Shown here: positions 56,630 to 64,000 of the stretch, piece by piece | Layout: every line of letters begins with the position of its first letter | How positions within the stretch are numbered: the first letter of the stretch is position 1 | Virus record (IMG/VR): IMGVR_UViG_3300049846_002026 | Origin: an uncultured virus (IMG/VR IMGVR_UViG_3300049846_002026) | Lineage: Duplodnaviria > Heunggongvirae > Uroviricota > Caudoviricetes | DNA: 64,000 nt | Strand: one strand, 5' to 3' | Program-made: the position numbers and the translations under genes | Notes under the pieces: model-generated | What the model saw: only the letters and a program-made list of their open reading frames with translations | What the model was told of the DNA's origin: nothing | The model's database searches: none

Positions 56630-56741
56630 CGGACGAAGCAGTACTTGGCAGGGGAGGGAAGAGCCCTCCAACTGGAGCCGATGCGAGTTGCGGGATGCAG
56701 CACGGCTCCCACTCATGAATCCCGTATTCAAGGAGAGTTGT

Positions 56742-57296
56742 ATGTCCGAACAGAAGACGCAGGTCCAGCTCGTCGAGCCCTCCCAGGAGCTCATGACCGC
56801 CATGCTCTCGGCCACCCGAGACACGCCGGTCGACCAGCTGCCCCTCGTGCCGCGCGGCACGAAGATCCCCGACGGTGCCCGCTTCCGCACCGAGCAGGGG
56901 CTCCGGGCCTACAAGGTCCCGGCCGACGACTTCCGCATGGCCGCGGCGTTCGCCCAGGCCGGCGGGGTGGACGGGCTCAGGCAGTACAACCGCGCCCAGC
57001 GTGCCAACGCGCTGGAGTGGGCCAACCGGTGCCTCGCCGACAAGGGCACCGACGGGAAGATCTACCTCATCTTCCCGGTCAGTGCGGCCAAGCAGGCGGC
57101 CGCGCTCGGCATGTACACCCGTGGGCTCTGGGCGGTCAAGAAGGCGCTGACCGCGGCGACCACGGCGGACTTCCGGAACGCCTTCAGCGGCAAGGCGGCG
57201 GCCCCCAAGGCGCCGGCGGCCGACCCCCTCAGCGAGATCGAGGGCGGTGAGGGCGCGCCCGCGACGGACGGCGACGGCGACGTCACCGGCGTCTAA
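56742..57296 (+). CDS. Hypothetical protein with strong codon bias and acidic tail
   Basis: AAGGAG RBS; almost all third positions G/C; flanked by hairpins. Confidence 0.75.
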   Translation: MSEQKTQVQLVEPSQELMTAMLSATRDTPVDQLPLVPRGTKIPDGARFRTEQGLRAYKVPADDFRMAAAFAQAGGVDGLRQYNRAQRANALEWANRCLADKGTDGKIYLIFPVSAAKQAAALGMYTRGLWAVKKALTAATTADFRNAFSGKAAAPKAPAADPLSEIEGGEGAPATDGDGDVTGV

Positions 57297-57378
57297 GCAC
57301 CCTTCCTGAGCGAGCGGGGCGTTGGGCCACATCACGGGCCTGGCGCCCCGCTTCGCTTGGGGCCTCCTACGGACCAGG

Positions 57379-57693
57379 GTGTACGCGGTCCACTTCGTGG
57401 TACCGGACCAGATGGAGGAGGAGCACCACTTCAACTCCCTGGCTGGTGCTGCGCAGGCATATCAGAAGCTGTGCGACAGGCGCGAGCATGGCCTGATCGT
57501 GCTGTGGCGTTTTGACCAAGACACCGGCGAGTGGCTCTTCGAGCGCGGCCGCTGTCACTTCTTCACGGGAAAGCCTGGGTTCTACGAACTCCAGGAAGCG
57601 CCAGGGATCGCTCCGCCGATCCACCCACAGGCCCTCGAAGAACTCATCGAGACCAAGTTCGACGGCGGCCACCACTTCGGGCCTGACCAGTAG
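57379..57693 (+). CDS. Hypothetical protein
   Basis: GTG start after hairpin. Confidence 0.55.
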   Translation: MYAVHFVVPDQMEEEHHFNSLAGAAQAYQKLCDRREHGLIVLWRFDQDTGEWLFERGRCHFFTGKPGFYELQEAPGIAPPIHPQALEELIETKFDGGHHFGPDQ

Positions 57694-57737
57694 GTCGCCT
57701 GGTCATTCACTCCTGAACATTTTCCCCTGAGAACCCA

Positions 57738-58109
57738 ATGCCGAAAGCCAAGTTCGAGGAGCCGGCCACCCTGAATCGGCTCAACATCGGAAGTCTGGAG
57801 GGCAGCCTGTGGGACATCGCCCAGCTCCTGTACAACCGTAACCTCTTGAGCCACAGCAGCTTGCTGCAGCTCAAGAGCCTGGTCAACCCCGTGCCTGCCA
57901 TCACCCTCCAGCAGGATGACGGTGCGCCGCTGGCGATTCGCTGTGCCTGGGATCCGTTCTGCGTGCCCCAGAAGGGCGCGGGCCACTGGTTCAGCCGGCG
58001 TCCGGACGTGTTGAATCCGGGCCCCTGGACCCCGATCGACCTGAACCCGGACATCAAGCAGCTCCAGGCCATCAGCGTCTACATGCGGCAGCTCGCGGAA
58101 CAGCTGTGA
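57738..58109 (+). CDS. Hypothetical protein
   Basis: 123 aa ORF. Confidence 0.6.
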   Translation: MPKAKFEEPATLNRLNIGSLEGSLWDIAQLLYNRNLLSHSSLLQLKSLVNPVPAITLQQDDGAPLAIRCAWDPFCVPQKGAGHWFSRRPDVLNPGPWTPIDLNPDIKQLQAISVYMRQLAEQL

Positions 58110-58167
58110 TCCACTTCCTGAAAGCACTCTGGTTCGCCTGGCGCCATTTGGCCCGGTGGGAGGAACC

Positions 58168-58347
58168 ATGCCTGAAGGACTGAGCCAGGTTCAGCAAGAC
58201 CAGGTACAGTCGCTCTTCGAGCACACACTCCAGGAGCTGCTGCGCATCACCAAGCGAACCACGCTCCCTGCCGTCGCTGCCCAGAAGCTCTGGGACGAGC
58301 TCTTCCAAGCCGCCCAGGTGGCGCACGGGCTGGGAACCAAGGGCTGA
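58168..58347 (+). CDS. Hypothetical protein
   Basis: GGAGG RBS. Confidence 0.6.
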   Translation: MPEGLSQVQQDQVQSLFEHTLQELLRITKRTTLPAVAAQKLWDELFQAAQVAHGLGTKG

Positions 58348-58490
58348 TTTCGGGCCCGGCCGATTGCAAATGTGTGTCGGTTTGACACGGAGGGCTGATT
58401 GTTGCTTGTAAGTGCAGCAAATCACCCAAAGTGATATCACTCCGCTATCAACGAGCCTAACATGTTGCAGCTCACGGACTTAGCGCAAAG

Positions 58491-58506
58491 TGTTCCACGT
58501 GGAACA
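58491..58506. promoter_or_regulatory. parS: parS centromere site TGTTCCACGTGGAACA
   Basis: Perfect 16-bp palindrome matching the chromosomal ParB/Spo0J consensus, in a long intergenic region. Confidence 0.85.
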
Positions 58507-58638
58507 TTCGCTAGGTGCCTCCTCTATCTCTCCTCTCTGCTTTCTCTTCTGCTACCTATGCTTCTACTCCTCCTTCTGGTAGTTTAGTAGGGGGGTTTAG
58601 GGGCCAGGGTGGCGTCACTTACACCCGGGTTACTACCC

Positions 58639-58971
58639 ATGCATGACAACATCCTGATCGTGAAGTGGCTGACTGTGGTGGTCATCATGCTCATCGCAAG
58701 CTCCATCGCCTGGACCGAGGAGTTCAGAGACCTGCGGCGTGCGATCGCCAAGATCCTCACCCCCGTGTCCAAGCCCACCAAGGAAGCTGCCGCGGTGCAG
58801 GCTGCTCTGGATGCTCGCGCCACCCGGCACAACTCGTACGTGGTTGAGTACCTGGGCTACGGGTTCACCCACCGGGAGTCCATCGCCATGGCGGACACCC
58901 GGATCCAACGCGAAGCACAGGAAGCCCTGAAGGACGCCGAAACTGCCGGGAACATGTGGTGGCCTACCTGA
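58639..58971 (+). CDS. Membrane-anchored hypothetical protein
   Basis: N-terminal TM segment. Confidence 0.6.
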   Translation: MHDNILIVKWLTVVVIMLIASSIAWTEEFRDLRRAIAKILTPVSKPTKEAAAVQAALDARATRHNSYVVEYLGYGFTHRESIAMADTRIQREAQEALKDAETAGNMWWPT

Positions 58972-59162
58972 ATGGGCTATTCTGCGCCCGATGCGGGTCC
59001 CGAGTGCCCGAAGACGACCAGGAGCTCACGTTCGAGCACCACTGCATCAGCGAGATCGTCGTCGAGAATGGTCGGCTGGTGTGCGGGGTGTGTAAGGCCA
59101 TCCCCATCTACGCCGAACAGAGCGTGGGTGTCAAGCTGTTCATCGGCATGGAGAAGCCATGA
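58956..59162 (+). CDS. Zn-ribbon protein; start uncertain
   Basis: CARC...CGVC; stop overlaps next ATG. Confidence 0.55.
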   Translation: MVAYLNGLFCARCGSRVPEDDQELTFEHHCISEIVVENGRLVCGVCKAIPIYAEQSVGVKLFIGMEKP

Positions 59163-59410
59163 AGCGCTACCTCTTGTTCGCTGGTTACCAGTACTACCCT
59201 GATGGTGGGTGGGAAGACTTCAAGGGTGGCTTCGACACCCTGCAGGAATGCTCTGACGCCTACGTGCTCTGGTACTCCACGGGCGGTGGCTCTCCGCATG
59301 GCCGCTGGGCTCAGATAGTAGATCTCCAGAAGTTGGGAGGTCCAGGGATCGTACTAACACAGAACGGTTCCGCCACAATCTCCTGGGAGCGGGTAGGTGT
59401 GTCCAAATGA
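59159..59410 (+). CDS. Conserved phage hypothetical protein
   Basis: YLLFAG..YYP.GGW.DF.G.FD motif. Confidence 0.7.
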   Translation: MKRYLLFAGYQYYPDGGWEDFKGGFDTLQECSDAYVLWYSTGGGSPHGRWAQIVDLQKLGGPGIVLTQNGSATISWERVGVSK

Positions 59411-59685
59411 CACAGCCTATCCGTAGGGTGGTCGCCGCGGCCATCAACCACAACGACAGTGGGGTCTTCGTCTCGCTCCCCGCACCTGCTCGTCACCATG
59501 ACATCATCGCCCACCTGGCCCAGGCTGGACACCCCAAACCAATCCGTGGTACCCAGGGCTTCATGCTGGATGACGGCACGTTCGTGACGCGTAAGGCTGC
59601 CTTGTACATTGCGGAAGAGGCGGGCCAGTTGATCCGTGAACCCATCGCCCGTGGGCATGGCCTATTCAGTGAGGACGTATGGTAA
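59407..59685 (+). CDS. Conserved phage hypothetical protein
   Basis: ARHHDII, QGF...G.FV.R..A..IA..AGQ, LFSEDVW. Confidence 0.75.
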   Translation: MTQPIRRVVAAAINHNDSGVFVSLPAPARHHDIIAHLAQAGHPKPIRGTQGFMLDDGTFVTRKAALYIAEEAGQLIREPIARGHGLFSEDVW

Positions 59686-59942
59686 GCGAGTTTCACCGAA
59701 ACCTGGCTCCCGGTGATCGGTGCGTGGTATTCGACTCTCGCCTGTTCGTCGATGACAAAACAACGCCGCTGAGCGTTACGTTGAGACCTGCTACGGTTCT
59801 TCGCCGATACTCCGCGCAGCGCATTGATTTCGATCGTGGCGGCTACTTGAACGAGTGGGTGGATTTGGTCGATGTGGCTTTCGACCATTCCAGCGTGGTC
59901 AGCCGAGGTCACTTCACCACTGGAGTACGGCCATGTCCTTGA
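59679..59942 (+). CDS. Hypothetical protein
   Basis: GAGGA RBS, overlap coupling. Confidence 0.6.
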   Translation: MVSEFHRNLAPGDRCVVFDSRLFVDDKTTPLSVTLRPATVLRRYSAQRIDFDRGGYLNEWVDLVDVAFDHSSVVSRGHFTTGVRPCP

Positions 59943-60115
59943 GGTACAAGAAGGTTCCTTTCCTGAGCGTAAAGGACTTGCAGGTGTTGCAGGACCGCAA
60001 CAGCAAGCACCCTGAGCTTCGGGATCCATCCGAGGTGTTCTGCATCCAATGTGAACGTTACACCATTCACCATGTATGCGAGTGCACCAACTACCACCGA
60101 CTGGTACATGCATGA
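59933..60115 (+). CDS. Small Zn-binding protein
   Basis: CIQC...CEC; GGAG RBS. Confidence 0.55.
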   Translation: MSLRYKKVPFLSVKDLQVLQDRNSKHPELRDPSEVFCIQCERYTIHHVCECTNYHRLVHA

Positions 60116-60507
60116 ACCAGCCCATGGTCGTACAGATCGAGCGAAGCGGGTCATTCCAGGTAGGTGTGCGTGGGTCTGATGCACGGCAGTGCGGTCGACG
60201 TGGGATACGTCAGATCGCCTACACTGTGCGGATCACGGGGGACGACCAGCACCTGAACGCAGATGGCTTCATCATCGACAACAACGCGATCGAAGACTAC
60301 TTCGTACGTAAGTACATGAATGTGCTTGACTTGGAGTCCTGTGAACGGATTGCGTCCACGGCCTGCAAGGACTTCCGCGCCATGTTCGGCAAGGGGGTGC
60401 TGAAGAACGTTCGGGTCAGCGCCATCGAAGTGCGGATCGCAGGTATTCTGCACACTGGCACACCCCCCGTGGCTGGCATCACCGCCAAGTGGCAACGCCG
60501 TGGCTAG
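60112..60507 (+). CDS. Divergent T-fold (QueD/PTPS-like) protein
   Basis: YTVRITG...LNADGFIID...SCERIA...VSAIEV pattern; lacks HGH motif. Confidence 0.45.
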   Translation: MNQPMVVQIERSGSFQVGVRGSDARQCGRRGIRQIAYTVRITGDDQHLNADGFIIDNNAIEDYFVRKYMNVLDLESCERIASTACKDFRAMFGKGVLKNVRVSAIEVRIAGILHTGTPPVAGITAKWQRRG

Positions 60508-60700
60508 CCTTCGCATCCGCCTCGAAGACTGCGAGTTTCAGCGCGTCAGCAGTGTGAGCCACCAGCCGATCAGCCTCGCCATCATCCACAAACCCACTCA
60601 CAAGCGTGTGAGCTGCCTCGTCCAGCCGACCGAATCGCTGCACAAGGCGCAACGCAAGTTGCTGATGGAGCTCAACATGCAGGTATTTCCCAATGACTGA
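60500..60700 (+). CDS. Hypothetical protein
   Basis: Overlapping packed ORF. Confidence 0.5.
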   Translation: MASLRIRLEDCEFQRVSSVSHQPISLAIIHKPTHKRVSCLVQPTESLHKAQRKLLMELNMQVFPND

Positions 60701-61019
60701 GCAAGCTGCGACCACGCTCCAGCTCGTGGACGTCGTGGGCATGACGGTCTGCTTCACGATCATCCTGACCGGCGTCATCGTGACTTTGGTACTGTGCAGC
60801 AGTCGTATCATGGACACACTGCGCATGCATTTCGGTACGCCAATCCAGAAGGCGACAGCGCGTCGGAACAGGGAGATCGATAACCGTGCAGCGCGTATCA
60901 TGCTGGAGCGCTGCATCCCGTACGAGTACAACCACTATGACGGGCGGGACGGGGCCAAGGCAATCGCCATTCGCGAGCTACAGCGCGAATACGAGGCTGT
61001 GGAGCGCCTGCTGAAATGA
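60693..61019 (+). CDS. Membrane-anchored hypothetical protein
   Basis: One TM segment. Confidence 0.6.
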   Translation: MTEQAATTLQLVDVVGMTVCFTIILTGVIVTLVLCSSRIMDTLRMHFGTPIQKATARRNREIDNRAARIMLERCIPYEYNHYDGRDGAKAIAIRELQREYEAVERLLK

Positions 61020-61276
61020 CCGTCAAGCCCTGGCAGGAACTGCGTGCCCGCTCGAAGGTCCGGCGGCAGCAAATCAAGGAAGACACGTGGGCCAAGCTCA
61101 ATGCCTACGCTGACATCGAAGTACTCGAAGCGTTCAACAATGGCGAGCACCTTCGTGTTCGCAACCTCAACGGACTGGTCTGTGACTTCTGGCCCAGCAC
61201 GGGTCGCTGGCGTACGAGCCCCAGCGAACCCCTGCGGAACGGAGGCTACGAGGCCATCAGGATCGCAACCCCATGA
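61016..61276 (+). CDS. Hypothetical protein
   Basis: NNGEHL...DFWPSTGRW motif; ATGA overlaps. Confidence 0.65.
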   Translation: MTVKPWQELRARSKVRRQQIKEDTWAKLNAYADIEVLEAFNNGEHLRVRNLNGLVCDFWPSTGRWRTSPSEPLRNGGYEAIRIATP

Positions 61277-61605
61277 CGAAGTTCGATCTTGCCTGGGCCA
61301 TCGACCGGATGCGCAAGCGTACCGCTCGATTGATGCCCAACGCACCGCTGTGCGGCTCGGACGGAAAGCCACTGGACGTAGGCAGTGCCAATGATCCGGT
61401 CACCAAGGGCGATCTGGATCTCATCCTGGAACATGCCGAGCGGTTGATCATGCCGACGTCCCGTGTGCAAAGCACCCCGGAGAAGCTGAAGCTGGAAGTC
61501 GTCCAGCTATCGGATGGCGCCAACGGCCTGGGACTGTTCGTGGTCATCGACAAGGAAGTTGCCAGGCAGATCTTCAGCCTGGGGACCAGCTATGGCAACG
61601 GCTAA
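61273..61605 (+). CDS. Hypothetical protein
   Basis: ATGA overlap. Confidence 0.6.
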   Translation: MTKFDLAWAIDRMRKRTARLMPNAPLCGSDGKPLDVGSANDPVTKGDLDLILEHAERLIMPTSRVQSTPEKLKLEVVQLSDGANGLGLFVVIDKEVARQIFSLGTSYGNG

Positions 61606-61831
61606 GCAGCCTGAGGACACCATGCTCCTGGGACTCGGAGTCCTGTGTGGTGTCGCCATGACTATTACGCTCATCGGATGGATCGCTGCCGTCCAACGCA
61701 AGGCGGAGCTCAAGGCACAGGAGCGCGTGGTGTGTGAACTGCACGCAGGCTACCAGGAAACGGAAGCCGACACCGTGGCCCTCATCAAGTCCATGCCCAA
61801 CTGCGCCGTGGTGTTCTATGAGCAACGCTAG
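61592..61831 (+). CDS. Membrane-anchored hypothetical protein
   Basis: One TM segment. Confidence 0.55.
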   Translation: MATAKQPEDTMLLGLGVLCGVAMTITLIGWIAAVQRKAELKAQERVVCELHAGYQETEADTVALIKSMPNCAVVFYEQR

Positions 61832-62198
61832 CGAAGAGCTCAAGAAGGCCATCGCGGATGCGGAGAAGTACCTGCTGACTTGCGATTACGTCGGCAAGAT
61901 CGAGAAGGCAGCAGTGTTGCATCGCCTGATCCAGGCAGTACGCAACCATGCTACCGAGCAAGCTCGTCAGCCGCGTACTTGCATTGCAGAGCGTGTGGCA
62001 GCTGTGCAACGTCTGGAGTGCCCGCATGTGCCCACCCTGGACATGCTGTACACGGAGCAGTTGGACGAGCTGGACCGGCTCGAACTGGTGATGGCGCTGG
62101 AAACCGAGTTTCGTGTGGAGATTCCGGACGACATCGCAGCTGCCTGGACGTGCGGCAATGACGCCGCCACGTACATCAACACCATCCTTCCGCCCTGA
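61818..62198 (+). CDS. Acyl carrier protein-like domain lacking the phosphopantetheine Ser, with N-terminal extension
   Basis: LDELDRLELVMALETEFRVEIPDD..A...T..DA..YI aligns to ACP DSLDxVELVMALEEEF..EIPDE. Confidence 0.8.
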   Translation: MSNASEELKKAIADAEKYLLTCDYVGKIEKAAVLHRLIQAVRNHATEQARQPRTCIAERVAAVQRLECPHVPTLDMLYTEQLDELDRLELVMALETEFRVEIPDDIAAAWTCGNDAATYINTILPP

Positions 62199-62205
62199 GG
62201 GGCCC

Positions 62206-62778
62206 ATGGCTGACTTCGTACAGTTCCTCATCAATATGTTCGTGATCTGGGTGTTCATCAGCACCGCCGCGCGCCAGGTCATGGAAGTGCGCATGTTCAC
62301 CGAAGTGACCAAGACCCCGATCGATCGTGGGTATGTCTGGTTCCTGCGTTTGACCTGTGCGTTCGCCTGCATCGGCATGCTCGCCATGATCCATTCGTTC
62401 CGACACGAACGGTACGAACAGGTGTTCAATTTCGGATTCAGTGCGCTCCCCATGTTGTTCATCACCGCGGGCAATGCGCATCGGATCCACCAACTGAAGA
62501 CCATGACCGCGCTGTTCGACTATCTGGAAGTCCCCATCCAGGTATACGGCGCCCTGGCCTGGTTCAATGAGTTCGGCACGCGGCAAGGCAAGGTCTGGCT
62601 CGAACGTGCGGACACCGACCACAACAATCAACCGCTCAAGGAACCGCAGTGGTTCTGTGGTGGGCCAGGGTTCGCCGGCAACCACACGAGTGGGGGCAAC
62701 GCACTGAGCGCCATCCTGGCTGCGAAGACCATCGACGACATGCTGAACCAACCTCCCAAGGCCCCGGAGGCCTCATGA
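62206..62778 (+). CDS. Multi-TM membrane protein
   Basis: Three hydrophobic segments; GAGGGG RBS. Confidence 0.65.
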   Translation: MADFVQFLINMFVIWVFISTAARQVMEVRMFTEVTKTPIDRGYVWFLRLTCAFACIGMLAMIHSFRHERYEQVFNFGFSALPMLFITAGNAHRIHQLKTMTALFDYLEVPIQVYGALAWFNEFGTRQGKVWLERADTDHNNQPLKEPQWFCGGPGFAGNHTSGGNALSAILAAKTIDDMLNQPPKAPEAS

Positions 62779-63125
62779 GCACCGCCATGGCAATCTACCT
62801 GATCCTGGGTGTACTGACGAGCTACCTGCTCGAACGGTACATGCCGGAGCTCTTCCAGCCACGGATGGTCAAGAGGCCGTTCCACACGGGACAGGTCGTT
62901 GGAGTCATCCTGCTCTGGTGGATGGTCGCCATGCTGGTTGGTACGCTCTGGGTGATCCAGCGGGTGCTGCGGCGTACGGACGAACCACCCCCTGTGGCCA
63001 AGGCGCCGAAGCTCGAAGCAGTGGCCAAGGCGCACATGCAGATCGTGCCCACGTATGATCCCATCCGACATCCGCATCGAGACGCACAGCCGATGCGTAT
63101 GACCGGCGATCACACAGGTCCTTGA
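62775..63125 (+). CDS. Two-TM membrane protein
   Basis: GGAGG RBS, ATGA overlap. Confidence 0.65.
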   Translation: MSTAMAIYLILGVLTSYLLERYMPELFQPRMVKRPFHTGQVVGVILLWWMVAMLVGTLWVIQRVLRRTDEPPPVAKAPKLEAVAKAHMQIVPTYDPIRHPHRDAQPMRMTGDHTGP

Positions 63126-64000
63126 TGCTCACCATCCACAATGTGCGACTGGGGCATGCCAATAACTCCAGCTCTTCGCATTCTATCCTGTTGCTGCCCC
63201 CTGGGCAGATCGCAGCAGACCTGCTACAGGATGATCTGCCCGAAGAGTATGGGTTCGGCTGGAGCGAGTTCATCGTTGCCAGTCCCAAAGGCAAGATGTT
63301 CTATCTTGTCGGCATGTTCTACTACAAGCTGGTCAAGGCAGTTGGCGCAAAGTACGCCTACTTGATCTTGAACAGCCTGTTCAATCTGGAAGAACATGGC
63401 GTGACCGAGAAGATGTTCTTGAACGAGGACAAGTTCAGTCCCTACGTGGATCATCAGTCGGCCATCACCATCCCCAGCGAGTTCAAGAATCCGGAAATGC
63501 CGAACCTGGACTTCATCGCAGAACTACACGCCTGGCTGCAACATGAGCGCGTGTATATCCAGGGCGGCAACGACAATGAAGACAAGCCAGAGCCACCGTT
63601 GTCAGGTACGGAGCTGTTGCATCCACTACGGGACTACGCCGGCTTTGGCGAAGTCGTGGCACGTAAAGACCCGCAGGGGTTCTGGACGGTGTACAACAAG
63701 CGCACTGGTGCCAAGCTGCGGTTCAGCTTCGGTGCACCACAGTCGGACGCTACCAAGTCCAGCGTGCCTGAACTGATCGACCTGAAGATCACGAACAAGT
63801 GCCCATTCGGTTGTGCCTATTGCTACCAGGAATCCACGTCAACTGGTGCAACAGCAGCCGAGGGCAAGCCGTTCCTCGTGCATCAGATCTTGACCCAACT
63901 CGCACAGATGGAAGTGTTCGAGGTCGCCATCGGTGGGGGTGAGCCCACCTTGGATGCGCAGTTTCCTAACATCCTCGAAACGCTGAGTGAAAAGGGTGTG
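63125..64000 (+). CDS. Radical SAM protein with N-terminal NSSS-motif domain, truncated by window edge (not in track)
   Basis: Hand translation: RLGHANNSSSSHS...FGW...YVDHQS...GGNDN, then in frame DLKITNKCPFGCAYC and EVAIGGGEPT. Confidence 0.85.
   Translation, partial: MLTIHNVRLGHANNSSSSHSILLLPPGQIAADLLQDDLPEEYGFGWSEFIVASPKGKMFYLVGMFYYKLVKAVGAKYAYLILNSLFNLEEHGVTEKMFLNEDKFSPYVDHQSAITIPSEFKNPEMPNLDFIAELHAWLQHERVYIQGGNDNEDKPEPPLSGTELLHPLRDYAGFGEVVARKDPQGFWTVYNKRTGAKLRFSFGAPQSDATKSSVPELIDLKITNKCPFGCAYCYQESTSTGATAAEGKPFLVHQILTQLAQMEVFEVAIGGGEPTLDAQFPNILETLSEKGV

Noticed and set aside
57687..57697. CGACCTACTGG match to the late -10 element
   Set aside because: No upstream CG block at 17-18 nt, antisense to early genes, and part of a post-stop hairpin.
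58382..58412. TTGACA sigma70 promoter
   Set aside because: No acceptable -10 hexamer at 16-18 nt.

Overview
The window is a 64 kb piece of a large, GC-rich tailed dsDNA phage genome, probably long-tailed (tail tube, tape measure and frameshifted chaperone are present; no sheath gene is seen). The minus-strand arm (1-49.5 kb) runs, in transcription order: Whirly-like ssDNA-binding protein, replication initiator with an internal origin-like repeat cluster, DnaC-like loader, lysis cassette (C39-like peptidase, holin, amidase), a displaced block of tail-fibre/accessory virion genes, AEP primase-helicase, family A polymerase, HNH, RuvC, a sigma factor split into two genes, terminases, portal, phosphoesterase, glycosyltransferase, head genes, tail genes and a 3003-aa tape measure protein. 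The plus-strand arm (49.8-64 kb) is a dense array of small early-type genes. The strongest candidate new system is the split sigma factor (sigma4 gene followed by sigma2 gene) together with a bipartite promoter motif, TT(G/A)CG-like-N17/18-CGACnTA(C/T), found six times ahead of late modules, once between the two sigma halves. Other notable items: a PD-(D/E)XK nuclease domain inside the tape measure protein, an acyl-carrier-protein-like gene with Glu in place of the essential Ser, a 15-cysteine run encoded by a (TGC)14 microsatellite, a perfect parS site, a sigma54 consensus inside the origin region, and a radical SAM fusion protein. All protein calls come from motif recognition by eye and synteny; no database searches were run.
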